Assembly: GCF_006345805.1 (NCBI RefSeq)
Contig: NC_043008.1
Span: forward strand, 25,296,001 to 25,360,000
Source of the DNA: Octopus sinensis
Lineage: Eukaryota
DNA: 64,000 bases
Direction of reading: 5' to 3'
The notes beneath the pieces are model-generated. The model did no database searches and was not told the origin of the DNA. It saw nothing but the letters and a program-made list of their open reading frames with translations. This document shows, piece after piece, positions 11,471-24,592 of this stretch. A program made the translations under genes and the position numbers. Numbering within the stretch: the first letter of the stretch is position 1; each line of letters opens with the position of its first letter.

Positions 11471-12824
11471 GTTCAAGAATCTTGAAAACAAATACAAAAA
11501 TGATATAAATTATATATTATCATGATAATCAGATATATGTTGACTAGTATTATGTGTATCCTTTAAATTTGTCCCAATGATGTAGCACTTATCTATTCTT
11601 ATTTTAATTTAATATAATTCTTCCATAGATAATTCAAAACCATTTGCTGCTTTTGCCATAACCATGTATTATTAAAAATGATTATTTTTCTAAAATCGTT
11701 TCTTGCATAGAGTTTATTAAATATATTTTGCATTACTTTTATTTTGCTTAATTAGAAAATAAATGTGTTGTACCAGTTATTATAAAGATAATCTTGTTTA
11801 ATTAGAAATACATTCTTGGTTCTTGAAAGGATCATCGTTTCTGACCTTTCCTTCATATTCTAAATTGGCCAATGTTAGAAAATGACATTTAAATACTTTC
11901 TATTGTTACTGGAAGCACAAATTTTCTTTTTTAATGATAATCATGAAAGGTCAGACAGTTAATTACTGGGTGTTTTTATATTTTATACATAGTCATTTTA
12001 AAGTGTATTATTAAGATTCATCATACATCATTGTTTTTTAATTTTATTTGAAATTATTGGGATATGAGTGTGTGTGCAAATGCACATGAGTGTGTGTGTG
12101 TGTGTGCACTTATGCATGAGTATGTGTGCACACATATGCACATGAATGTGTGTTTGTATGTGTGTGCTTGTGTATGTGTGTGTGCATGTGTATGTGTTGC
12201 ATCATAAGGAAAATTAAATCAAACAAAAAATGTATAGTGACATTTTTATGACCGTACTGCTTAGGCACCAAATTGAAGGGAAAGGAATAGTTTTTATAAA
12301 TTTTGTTAATGGAAATTTTTCTGAAAGAAATACATTTGTATTAAATGGAAACTAGATAATGTTATAAAGCTATATTTAGAACAAATATGCAAGTAATTTC
12401 TTTTACATTTTTTTCTTTTTGATTCAAAGCAAAATATTAATTTCTTTCTATAACAATACTTCTAAAATAAAAATGCTGGATAACAAAAGCAAGAAAGAAT
12501 GTGTCAACAAACCAATACATGAATTTGTAATCAAAACAAAGAGCTTAGAACTTGAAAAGGTTAAAATAACTGTTGAATCATAACATGAATGTATTGCAAT
12601 GAGATCTAGTTTTGATTTGTACTGGAAACACAGATTCTCTGTTCAATTCTAGATAAGTCTTCATATCAAATTTAAGATTTAAATTTGATTTCATGTATTT
12701 ACAATAAAAGTTAGAATTGCAAGATCAAAATATTTTTAGTGGAATGATAACTAGATAATCCTCTAAATTTTCCCAACTCAAATTTTAAACTATGTTCCTA
12801 ATGTACACTGCAACTCTGCTTTAA

Positions 12825-13030
12825 CCCTTTAGTGTTCAGAATAATCTGTTTATTTATTCACAACATTTTCAGTTTATTGTGCATTATCTTAACTTCAAAA
12901 TTTCAATAATGCAAATATTTACTTTTAGAAGGACACTATAGGGTTGGTGTGAGAAGCCAGATCTAGCCAGTTTCAACAAAAAGCAAATAAAATATTTGGG
13001 CTTGATATGGCTGGTTTAAATGCTAAAGGG
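12825..13030. mobile_element. piggyBac-type MITE (206 bp) with TTAA target-site duplication
   Basis: TTAA|CCCTTTAG...CTAAAGGG|TTAA (TSDs 12821-12824 and 13031-13034). Confidence 0.8.
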
Positions 13031-14660
13031 TTAAATTTGAATAACTTGTCAATTTTGTAAGTCAACTTTGCATTTCAGCCTTCCAGCATCAATAAAATAA
13101 AGTACTAATCATGCACTGAAATTAATTTAATATTGCTGTATATCATCCTAGGCATGAATGATGTTAAAACAGAAAATTAAGACATATTTTTCTGCTTATT
13201 TGCAACAAGGGGAAAGCAACAGGGTTTAACAAGAGACAAGTACTCTGGATAAACATGAATTAGTAACACAATAACTGATGGTTTAGTTTGGCAATAAGTC
13301 AGATTAAGGGCATGAGCAGTACAGACTGAAGGAAGTGTTAAGACAGCCTAAACAAAATGTAAGAAAAAATCAAACAAGAAAAGATGGGGAGGCTATAGAG
13401 TTCTTTAGGGGTCAACATAGAACAGGACTAAGACAAAACCTACAAAGAAATTCGTATAATTTGACTGGAACCAGTGGTTGAAATCAACAAATTGGGAAGA
13501 AATAGTCTTGTTCATAATAATAAGTGAAACAGTTACAGGTAGAAACAATAGATACTTAATGTGTAATCTTTGTGATTTTAAATAGGAAAAAACAGTAAGA
13601 TGAATATTGACTTTTTAAAGGATGAAATTGTGTTTCAGAGAATGAAGTAGCAGTGTGTGCATATATAGGGTAAATTTGACTTATCATTCACAAGTTAAAT
13701 AAATTGCAGTATGTAAACTTGTAAAAATATTGATCTCTTACAAAATCACACAACCTCAAATTTAGTCATTCATGTTGAACACAAACAGTACTTTAATTTA
13801 TCTACCCCAGAAGGATAAATGGCAAAGTTGATCGTGTATGTTTTGAACTCAGAATGTAAAGTCTAATGACTAATTACCCCAAGGCAATTTGCATGATGAT
13901 ATAATGATTCTACAATAAGTATATTCAAGCTATCCACTGGATGTAAATAATTTTGAAAAACCATTTTTATATTAATACTGCTTTTCATGTATACCATTAG
14001 ATTTTATAAAAAATATTTTAAGAAAAAAACCCTTGTGTTTTGGATCATCAAACCATTAACTTATATTTGATAATATAAAAGATATCTTAATAGAAGAATT
14101 GGATTCCTGATGCAGTTTTAATGTTCCAAAACTCACTAATATAAAAGATACAATTTTTTAAAATTGAACAATGTATAAAAACATATAAATGAAAATTCAC
14201 CTTTAATATTTACAATTTGTGAAAAACAAGACCAAAAACCATCAAATGTATTTTATCATGAAAGCTTTTAGCTGGGACTGCCAGTGTTGTAAACCAATTA
14301 TAACACGTGGATATTTGTTTAAAAGAAAAACAAAAGTTTATATTAGATAGAAAAATACATATATACATAAAGGATTTTCTTTGCTTCTTTTCTATATGCT
14401 TTAGGCTATTTAATAATTAAGTAGATCAATGTTTTTTCCTAGATACAATTTTGCAATAACATGAAATAACATTGTAACAGGCTTAACTTATTTAACAGAA
14501 ATCATTAAAATAATGTTGCTACAGGCATCTTATCATTTCTCCTTAATGCATATGCAGCATGTAAATAATTTTGTAAAATTTTGTACACAGTATAAACGAA
14601 TAATTTGAAAAATGTGATAATAAGCATGATACTGTTCTTAACAATTAAGTGAAAAAATAA

Positions 14661-14803
<143 letters not shown>

Positions 14804-15021
14804 GGGGGGGGTAAAAGAATTAGCTTCACAATCACATGGCACTGGGTTTGATCACATTTATTGAACCTTAAGATTTGGTAGGACCAATATAGTGAGAGTG
14901 AAATTTTGTAGAAATAGAGAAATATGTTGCTTATGTGAGTATATGGATATGTGTGTGTGTGTGTGTACAGACATGCGTGTGTGTGTGTGTGTGTACAGAC
15001 ATGCGTGTGTGCGTGGGGGGG

Positions 15022-15290
15022 GGTCATTATGTGGTAAGAAGTTTGATTCTCAACCACATAGGTCCAGGTTTAGTCTCCCTGCATGACACCTGTCTTCTAC
15101 TATAACCTAAGGTTGAAGCCAATGAAGCTCTTGAAAGAGGATTTGGTAGGAAGAAACTGAAAGAATACCATTGTACATATACATATGTGTGTGTGTGTGT
15201 GTGTGTTTGTCTCTCACCAGCACTTGATAACCAATATCATATCTCTGTCACTTAGTGGTTTGGCATAAGAGACCAAGAGAATAAGAAGCA
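15022..15290 (+). mobile_element. tRNA-derived SINE, decayed
   Basis: TGTGGTAAGAAGTTTG...CCAGGTTTAGTC...TGTCTTCTACTATA, homologous to the copy at 27745-28160. Confidence 0.6.
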
Positions 15291-15499
15291 GGCTTTAAAA
15301 AGAAAAAGAATAACTACTATGGATGATTTGGTAAAAAGAAAATAAGAAGTCTAAAAGGCAATTTCCCAGCATCAGAATAGTCCAAAGACACAAACAAGTA
15401 AAAGATAAAGCAAACAAATAAACAGGCAAGCAAGCAAGAGTCAGCTGAAAAGGTTGACCAAGATACTCATGGAATGTATGGCTCAAAGTGATGAGGCCA

Positions 15500-16124
15500 A
15501 TATTCATCCTGGCTTAGGAAACATTCAAGGAAACCAGTTGGATCTGTTTGAAGCAATGTCAGATTTTCTCACGATGTGATCAGGCTGGTGTGCTTTTGAT
15601 CAGGTGTCAGAAACCTTCATCATGCCAAATTCATTGTGTAGAATATTCTCTACTCTCTCACGGGATATGCTAATGGCATTGACTTTTTGATTTTTAGTGT
15701 CCTCCATCACATAGTGATGAACATGGTCAATATTTTCCTTGCTGGTGGCAATTGCCAGACATCCAGACGTTGGGTGATCTTCAAAGCTCTTCTTCTCCCT
15801 CCTAAATTCAGTTGCTCACTTTTGCACTGATGATAAAGCAAGAGTGTCATCCTTTAATCTAGTGACAACCTCAGCAAGAATGTTCTTGGGGGCTAAACCT
15901 TTTTTCTGTATTACTTGATAACATCACAATGTGAGATTTTGTCCATTTTTCAAGAGAAGTCACTATTAGTTACCTTTGAAGTCTTATGATGTTTAGAGGT
16001 TCGATTACTTGGAAAGAAACAATGCAGTTACTGATAAGAAGGGTTAAAATTAATGCAAGCAAGAATTCACAGCTGTAGCATCACTCCTTCATAGTCAGCC
16101 TATGAACTTTTCAGCCTACCCTAG
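15500..16124 (-). mobile_element. Mariner transposon 5' half (TIR plus HTH region), decayed
   Basis: Minus strand TA|CTAGGGTAGGCTGAAAAGTTC TIR-like start at 16124; translation includes EFRREKKSFEDHPTSG...TSKENIDHVHH and NAISISRERVENILHNEFGM. Confidence 0.8.
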
Positions 16125-17096
16125 TACATATATACATGTATGTGTGTGTATCTGAATGTGTATGTTGTACTAGTTTCTGTGTGTTTGCATTTATTTTTAC
16201 ACTGGTCTAAAAGGGTAAAAATAAATGCAGATTTTGTTATCTGAATGTCTTTATGTCCTTTAACTTAGTGGTTTGCCAAATAGAGATCAATAAAGTTCAA
16301 ATCTAAAATAAATACAAGAATCAATATGATCAACTAAATACATTTGAAAATATTGCCTCGGCGATGGAAACAAATAAAAAAAAATCTCAAGTAATCAAGA
16401 CAAGAGGACATTCAAGAAAGGGAGAGAGAAAGAGAGGATGGGTTGGGAGAGAAAGAGAGAAAGGAAATGTGAATAATTTTTTTTTAATGCATAAAAGGAA
16501 GTAGAGAAGAATAAGTCCCTATGTAAACTACTTTTATATTCTCTTCCCTTCACTTAAGTAAAGCAAAGTTGGCTTTGTGTATTATTATCACCTAGAAAAT
16601 CTTTAAATTTGAGAGGTTATAAACATAAAAGTTATTTATACTCCACTGGGAACTCTGCAATCAGCTTTTGTTTCACAGAAGCTATTTATGAAACTCAATC
16701 TTCCTTAAACACATTTGATAATTCTCAAGTCCTACACTGTTTAACATGACCATAAAATTTGATTAGGTTCTCTCTGTCTTTGATGAAATAACAAGGCAGT
16801 TAGGATTTACCTGCTTTTCTAAACTTTTCAAGTCTTACCACAGTGCCTTACAAAATTTAACCAGTTTGGTGTTATTATACACCCTGTTTTAATCTCTGAT
16901 ATATAAATTTTGAGTTGTAATCATCTGTACTGATAACATCAGTGTACTATCATCTTGACAAAGATATTTAACTTTCATTCTTCCAGCCAGTTCATGTAAA
17001 TATAAATAGGTGTCATGCAATAATACACTTTACTCCTTTACACAGAAGTTCTTTAATATTAAATGTACCTCAACTCTATCACTCAATAAAATTCAT

Positions 17097-17265
17097 GCTG
17101 CATGGTTGTTGGGTCAAAAAATTTGCATCGCAGCCTCGTAGCTCTAGGTTGGTCCTCCTGGTGTAGCACCTTCAGCAAGTGTTATATACTGTAGTTTAGA
17201 TTACTCAATACTTTCTGAGTAAAATTTGATTAACAGAAACTGTGGGAAAATCCGTTGTCTGCATA
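17097..17265 (+). mobile_element. tRNA-derived SINE fragment, strongly decayed
   Basis: GCACCTTCAGCAAGTGT...TACTGTAG resembles the GCACCTTGGGCAAGTGTCTTCTACTATAG segment of the other copies. Confidence 0.4.
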
Positions 17266-17454
17266 TATGAATGTATGCATGTTTTTTCTTTGAGTTTTAT
17301 GTAGGTTCTAAAGAGAGTTCAAGCCAGTCATGAACAAAGCAACAAGACATTTTGAGTTTAGAGAGTTACCAGTGTTTTTAAATATGTGGTTAAGTTGGTG
17401 TGTTGATTGAGCTGTTGATGCATGCACCCAAATGTGTGCATCTATCCATCTAAA

Positions 17455-19030
17455 GAATCTTAAATGGAGAATCTTCAAGGTGTCTTTGGATTTGAAGAAT
17501 TTGAATCAGTGTTTTTTGCTCTTTGAAAAACCTGTTATTTCTAGGTTTTTGTGTAAATTTGTAGGTACATAACCTAATATACCTTTGATGAGAGATGTAA
17601 ATGAGAATTTATTGTCAGGGTACGAGAGCTGTAAGTAATGTGTTAAATCACTACAAATGTTCTCTTTTACCTTGCCTTTTGATGGTACATTCGCATCCAC
17701 ATGGCAGCTGATCTCTACAAACAGTGCATGACTTTTGTTCTTTGGAACAGAACAATATTGCACCGAATTGCTGTTATTATTAGAGTGTACCACCAGTGTT
17801 CCTTGTCTTTAAAGGTGTGTGTACTTGCTGCTTCTGACATGCATATGTGAGGGCAATCCTTCTTTCAGATAGAATTGTAAATAGTCTTTGCAGCTATATC
17901 ATTCCTCAGGGGCAGTTACTTTCTGATGATGATGCGTGTGATATCTTCTAGACTGGTATAGCAGATCTGACGTTTTCTATCAAAGCATGGTTTGGTGGTG
18001 TCTTTGACCTTCTTCTTTATCAGGTATTTAGTAGCTATCTCCTGTCCCTGGGTAGTAAAAGCATATCTTTCTAGGTGGGATGTAATGTAGCTATCACAGA
18101 TTCAGGAGAGGCTACTTTTCTTGTTAATGCTGTTATTCTCTAGTTTACAGTATCGTCCTCATCGTTATCATTGGTGGTGGCATTGGCATCCTCGTCATCA
18201 TCATCATCATCATTTAATGTCCACCTATGTTGGCATGGGTTAGATGGTTTAACAGGAGCCAGCCAGGCAGAAGACTACACCGTTCTTCTGTGTCTGTTGT
18301 GGCATGTTTTTTTTTATGGCTGAATGCCCTTCCTAAACCAACCACCCTGCAGAGTGGACTGAGTACTTTTTACATGGTAACAACACAGGTAAGGTCAGTT
18401 TTGTTATTGTTCTTACAGTTGCATGCCCTTCCAAAGGCCAACCATATTACAGTGTGGAGTGGATGCTTTTAATGTGGCATCAGTACTGGTGGGGCCACCA
18501 ACTAACTTGCAAGACAAGGAATCTTTAAGAGGGGAGGTAGCATTGGGAAGAGGTGATCTTGTGTCAGATAATGAAAGATTAGAGTGCGACAAAGAGACAA
18601 AAACAGATGACTTGCTATAGAGAAAGAGAGGGTAAAAGAGATATGTATCCAAATATTGCTTTTTGCTGGTATGATGCCTGCTTCTAACCCCCCCACCCCC
18701 GGGCTTCTCTTTATATAGGCCTGTCCAGCCACCTTTCGGTTGCATTCTCAGAATACCTTCTCAGTAGGTCTTCTCCAACTCTAAAAATGTTATTGGTCTC
18801 ACTTTTGAGTATGCATGGAATGTACTCCTTTCTTTGTTGTTCAGCAGATGTCTGAACGATACAATCTCACATTGAAAGGCTGTTTGAAGTAACTTTATGC
18901 CTCTGCCACCATCACTTTGTTTCATATAGATGTTATTAATGTGACTGTTGATGAAGAAGTTATCAGTGGTAGTCAATACCTTTCTAGTTTTTATGTTGAG
19001 GTTGCACATCTTGTTAAGTGTCCAAGACAA
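17455..19030 (-). mobile_element. R4/NeSL-like non-LTR retrotransposon with restriction-like endonuclease, 5'-truncated and interrupted
   Basis: ORF 18761-19030 (NIKTRKVLT...IYMKQSDGGRGIK, thumb region) and ORF 17506-17793 (FVEISCHVDANV...LQLSYPDNKFSF...GILGYV, RLE domain). Confidence 0.85.
18160..18745 (-). mobile_element. Short retroelement with the RTE-type (GAT)n 3' tail, nested in the R4/NeSL-like element
   Basis: CATCATCATCATTTAATGTCCACC...GGCATGGGTTAGATGG matches the 3' end of the RTE copy at 47651; it splits the two R4/NeSL ORF fragments. Confidence 0.7.
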
Positions 19031-19372
19031 TTCTGAATTACTTTAGTTCATCAGTTACATTGTAGGAAATGATAAGAAAAAAGGTCCAAATATGGCTTCT
19101 GCATTATATGAAATAAGTGCTAGCATTCCTGATATGCATAGAAATTTATACAAATTAAGGTTATACATGAAGAGATAATAGTAATCATTTAAATGACTAA
19201 TTCTGATCAAAATAGACAAAAATGACAACCTTTAAATTTTACATTATTTGCATTATTTACAATTGACAGATATTTGTCCTCATTTTGTTTGTTGATATAC
19301 CCTCCAGCCTTCTTCAGGTGTTTTGGAGAAATTTTTAACCTGGGTTCTCATTCCTAAGGTATTTTTGATATA

Positions 19373-19791
19373 CTCTCTTTACTCTTTTACTCTTTTACTT
19401 GTTTCAGTCATTTGACTGTGGCCATGCTGGAGCACCGCCTTTAGTCGAGCAAATCAACCCCGGGATTTATTCTTTATAAGCCCAGTACTTATTCTATCGG
19501 TCTCTTTTGCCGAACCGCTAAGTGTCGGGGACGTAAACACACCAGCATCGGTTGTCAAGCAATGCTAGGGGGACAAACACAGACACACAAACACACACAC
19601 ACATACATATATATATATACATATATACAACAGGCTTCTTTCAGTTTCTGTCTACCAAATCCACTCACAAGGCATTGGTCGGCCCGGGGCTATAGCAGAA
19701 GACACTTGCCCAAGATGCCACGCAGTGGGACTGAACCCGGAACCATGTGGTTGGTTGGCAAGCTACTTACCACACAGCCACTCCTGTGCCT
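19373..19791 (-). mobile_element. tRNA-derived SINE (full length)
   Basis: Minus-strand head AGGAGTGGCTGTGTGGTAAG...GGTTCAGTCCC (A/B-box like), central (TG)n(TA)n, tail ...GAAACAAGTAAAAGAGTAAAAGAGT. Confidence 0.85.
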
Positions 19792-19926
19792 ATTATTATT
19801 ATTATTACTGTTGTTGTTGTTGTTATTATTGTTGTTATTATTATTATTGTTATTGTTCAGGTCACTGTTTGGAATCGAACTCAGAATCTTGGGGTCAGTA
19901 GTCTGCGCTCTTAACCACTACACTAC

Positions 19927-19997
19927 GGGCATAGTGGTTAAGAGCATGGGCTACTAATCCCAAGATTCTGAGTTCGATTCCAAGCAGTGACCTGAAC
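19927..19997 (+). other. tRNA-derived Pol III head (mirror copy at 19853-19926 on minus)
   Basis: TAGTGGTTAAG (A-box like), GAGTTCGATTC (B box), anticodon-like loop CTACTAA; no convincing acceptor stem. Confidence 0.7.
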
Positions 19998-20031
<34 letters not shown>

Positions 20032-20077
20032 TCGAAAAATACCTAAGGAATGAAACCCAGGTTCGAAATTTCCCCAA

Positions 20078-20123
20078 AACACCTGAAGAAGGCTGGAGGG
20101 TATATTAGCTGAAACGTTGTGTT
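20078..20123 (+). ncRNA. Minimal type-I hammerhead ribozyme motif
   Basis: Stem I AACAC(20078-82)/GTGTT(20119-23); core CTGAAGA(20083-89) plus one extra A; stem II GGCTG/TAGCT (two G-U pairs); GAA; palindromic stem III ACGT; GUU triplet. Activity not testable here. Confidence 0.7.
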
Positions 20124-20982
20124 AACAACAAGATGAGGACAAATATCCATCGAATATAAATCTTAAATATCTTAAATATAGGACTGCTTTAAATTTTAAT
20201 TAGATGAGTACCAGGATTTTTTGAGAAAATTAAAAGTGAAATTTTATTCAGTGGAAGATGGCATTCTTATTTGCTTCATAGTAAATAAAGATTTAAATAC
20301 CGGACTTTTAACTTTTTAGGATTTATGAAAGGAAGTTTTAATAATTTATTATATGCTGCTAAATGTTTTACAATGACAATGTTTTTAACTTGCAAATGGA
20401 TTGTGTAGGTCTCTCTCTTTGTCCTATGTGTGTGTGTTTGTGTAAGCATGAATGCAGTTATGCATATATATATCTATGTATTTAGGAATGTATATGTAAA
20501 TATTTTATTAGATTGTATTGGCATGACTGTGTAAATAAGAAATTTACTTTGTAACTTAATGGTAATATCTTTTATCATGTTGATTAAAATTTTATAAGTG
20601 ATATTTTAGATCAAAACAGTGTAAATCTGTTGGAAAGACTGTTCCTCTTTCTGAGCAGTATGCATATCAAATCTCCTGGTTTAAATCTACCAACTTAACC
20701 CATGGATGCCTTTAGCATAATTCACTCTGATATAAATATTCAGATCTAGTCTCTGATCTATATACAATTTCTTCCCTTCCTCCCATTCATCTCAATGACC
20801 CTATAAGACACCATGAGTACAGTTGTTCATCATTTGACTAAGCCTTAATTTTTTTTCTGAGGAGTTCTTCAATATGCATGGAATAAAAAACTAACTATTA
20901 TTGCTTAATTCTTTCCCAATAAATCTTGCTGCTGTTAGAAGAGCAATAGGTGTTTATTTTCTATATCATGCTGTAAAAAATA

Positions 20983-22290
20983 TGAGGTGCATTCAAAAGG
21001 TATCTGACTATTTTCCCCACCAAAACTAATGCTGCATGGGCAAAATTGCTTCAGTAGAAGGTGACACCACCCTTTCTGTGCACACTTTTACACCACTAGG
21101 CCATGTCAGTTCCTGGCTGTTATGTCTAGAGTACAGATATGTAGTGTGTGCTCATTGGATTTTCGTTTTCACCCAAGATGACCAAATACATCAAGCAAAG
21201 ATATTGCATCAAGTTTTTGCCAAAAGACTGAGCAGGCTTTGACGATAATGCCATCAGCACAAACTCAGAACAAGGAGTGGTACAATTACTTCAAACATGG
21301 TTGCATCTCAGTGGAGAGTGAGGCACACTCAGGTAAGCCACCCACAAGCCAAAATGGAGAGCTGATTGAGAAAGTCTGGTAAAGAAGAAATTGCTCATGA
21401 AGTGGGAATAGACAGAGAATCAATGCATTGCCTCTAAATGGAGGATTTGTGCATGCAGAAAGTCTCAACAAAATTTATCAACAAGGTACTGGCAGAGCAA
21501 CAGAAGGAATTCTGCATGGAAATCATTCAGAACAAGCTGGACTGTACAAACTAAGACCTAAGCTTCATGAAGACTATCATCACAGGTGATGAGACTTGGG
21601 CTTATAGTTATGATCTGAAAATTAAGTTCCAGTTCTCCCAATGGAAACATCTGTCATCACCCAGAACCCAAAAAGAACAACAGGTTCATAGCAATGTGAA
21701 GGTAATGGACCACTTTCTTTCAATCCTTGTGGTATTGTGCATCATGGATATGTACCACAAGACCAAATTATCAATAAGGAATACTACTTGAAGGTCATAA
21801 ATCATCTTTTATGATGCTGTGCATTGAAAGCAGCTGGACATGTGGACAGCCAAAGAATTTACAATTTCACAATGACAATGCACCAGCTCATTCTACCCAT
21901 TTAATTCAAGCTTCCCCAGTCACAAACAACACATCACTTGTTTGACAGGCTTCCTGCTCTCGCAGCTTGACACCATGTGGCTTGTGGCTATTCCTCAAAC
22001 AGAAAACCATGCTGAAGGGGAGGCGATTTGAGTTCATCATCATCATCATCATCATTTAACGTCCGCTTTCCATGCTAGCATGGGTTGGACGGTGTGAGAG
22101 GAAATTATGAAAAAAGTGAAGGTAAAGCTCCATAGCATTCCAGAAGGGATGTACCAGTGGCAGAACTCCAGGGGAAGTGCATGAACTCTAAAGGGGAATA
22201 TTTTGAAGGTGATTAAATAAAATTAGGGAAATGTACAAAATTGTTTGTTTTTTTATGCCCAAAGGTTGGATACTTTTTGAATGCACCTTG
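20983..22290 (+). mobile_element. Near full-length, decayed mariner transposon with both TIRs
   Basis: TA|TGAGGTGCATTCAAAAGGTATC...GATACTTTTTGAATGCACCTTG; motifs IITGDETW (21567-21791), HNDNAPAH (~21866) and a degenerate APCD.WLF region. Confidence 0.9.
22035..22095 (-). mobile_element. Very short RTE 3'-tail insertion inside the mariner
   Basis: CATCATCATCATTTAACGTCCGCTTTCCATGCTAGCATGGGTTGGACGG is nearly identical to the 3' end of the 47651 RTE. Confidence 0.8.
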
Positions 22291-24289
22291 TTGTATAAAT
22301 AACAAGAAACAACATACGTACTGGTTTTGCTCCTTCCATATAGTAAAACAAGCATTTATTATTTAAACCAACGAGAAAGAGAGCCTCTATATAGTAATTG
22401 TCCCTGCTAATAACAGCAGTCAAATCTCCCTCAGATTACAGCTTAACATATTAAAAAAAAAAGAAAAACATTAGAAAATGTAGTCCTAGATACACAAAAT
22501 GATTAGATAGCTGTCTTGAATACTTTTGATCATAGATTTGTGTGTGTGGTGGGGGGTAAACAACTCACAGTTATTCTGCAACTGAAAAAATCTGATTGTT
22601 AATGAATTGATTAATTAAAGACAATGATGATGATGATGATGATTTATGTTACAGGCATCATTATTTTATTTACAACATTGTAATCCTGACAAACATAATA
22701 ATTACCTGCCTTTTAAAAGTAAACGATATCAATGAATATGCAGTGAAGTTTCTCCTGGAGATCTTAGTTGGGTTAAATGTGCTTTTTTCTCTATGAGAAA
22801 AACAGAGCAGGTTTTAGTATAGCAGGATTTTACTGCTTTAGTTATTCCAGATGTGATCATTGAAATGTGACACGAAAGCAGCTTTAGTAATTGACAAGAT
22901 TCAGGGTCAAATGCTATCGCCTTTCTACATGATACTTCACTCTTTAATTACTTCTACAAACTGGATGCTCAGAATTCAAAGAACCAACTAAGTTCACATG
23001 TTTTTGATGGGTGTTGATCAAACTACAGGCAAATATAAAAACCCAAACCTGTATAAATAACATAGAAGCAGACACATTACATATTGCACAGATATTCATT
23101 GCTTTTAGTTAGAGGCAAATCAAACCTTTGTTGAAGTGAATATAATGTAAAGAATTGAAAGATATCCTGTACATTGCTGCTACATTTCTTTTGGAAATGT
23201 TATCTACAACAAAATGTCGACTGAAAGTATGAAAATAAATACTGTATTGCATTTAGTTTGATAGTCTTTTATCACTATTAACTTGCCATCCTACTTTGCA
23301 GATTTTAATTCCCCTTACTCACTGTCAAAAGGGTTGTCTCATTTGAATAGCTGACATTTATTACCAGATTTTCATAAATAAATAAATAAACTTGTAGGTT
23401 TATATTTTGACTTGCAGTACCATTAGTGCTGAACTTGTCTATTTTTGCCACTTAATATATTTTTCCATATTATATAGCATATGTATTACATTTTAACTCT
23501 AGAAATATGTAATCAGACAGTTAAAAAAAAAAATAGAAAGGAAATCTCTCAACCAATCAACTCCTTGACATTTATATCTTCGTGATTTTCCATTTTTGAT
23601 TCTCTAAGAAAAGAAAAAACAAAAAACAAAACTACAAATTTAATTCTAAAGAACAAGTAATTTCACCATGTCAAATTGGGAATAATTCTGCAATATCATA
23701 TTTATAAAATTTCTTATTCACCGACTAAACTTTATCTTTATATTTTATACCTGAATATTATATCTTATGACTGTATCTATGCACATGTTTAAAACTGAGC
23801 TAATGCCAATATAGAGATTGTGAGTTCAATTGTGCAGATGTTTATTGCTTGTGAGTAAGGCAATTCTGAATTACCTTAGTTCACCGGTTATGTTATAGAA
23901 AATGACAAGGAAAAAGTTCAAACATGACTTCAGCATGGAAACTTTATATGAGATATCTGCTAGCATTCTTGACATAATATCCTTGGAAATTTCGATAAAT
24001 TAAAGTTACACATGAAGAAATAACAATAACCATTAGTTAAACGTTTAATTCTGATCAACTATCACTGAATGCATTGCTTAAGCAATGCGTTCATGGATAG
24101 TTGATAGTTGGGATGTGGTGCTGATAAAAGAGCAATAATACTTGAAATATTCATATACATCCATTACCTATTTTTTCCTATCTAGGATTGCATTGCTTAC
24201 ATAAATGTATTCATATACAATAATGTTTTAAGTTACAAATCTTATACTTCTCCTTATGGATTATGTATGTCTCTCTGTCCTATCTATCC

Positions 24290-24291
<2 letters not shown>

Positions 24292-24335
<44 letters not shown>

Positions 24336-24592
24336 TTTTTATCTTATATTAAACTTTTAATACTTTTTGATAGATATATATATTTAAAAAATAAATAATT
24401 AAATAATAAATAATAAATAATAAAAACCAAAAGAATAAATATATAATAAAAAATAAATAAATGAATAAATAAATAATAATAAAATATATATATATATAAA
24501 AATTTATAAGTATAAATTAATAATTAAAAATTTTTTTTAAATTAAAACTTTAAATTTAAATAATTTAAATTTTGAATTTTATATTTTATATA
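24292..24592. repeat. (TA)n followed by an almost pure A/T low-complexity tract
   Basis: Direct reading; only scattered C/G in ~300 bp. Confidence 0.9.

Larger units (their letters stand above)
19238..20186. mobile_element. Palindromic head-to-head pair of a tRNA-headed, Penelope-tailed short element; left arm interrupted by a SINE
   Basis: 19853-19920 is the reverse complement of 19931-19998; 19268-19372 is the reverse complement of 20028-20147 apart from an internal deletion; (ATT)n/(AAT)n linkers lie in between. Confidence 0.85.

Noticed and set aside
19927-19997. tRNA gene with ACT anticodon
   Set aside because: There is no proper acceptor stem and the 5' part is truncated; it is mirrored and fused to a repeat tail, so it is a SINE-type head.
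22850-23060. 34-41-codon open frames on both strands and acceptor-like sites
   Set aside because: No consistent acceptor-donor pair or recognisable motif; within chance expectation for this composition.
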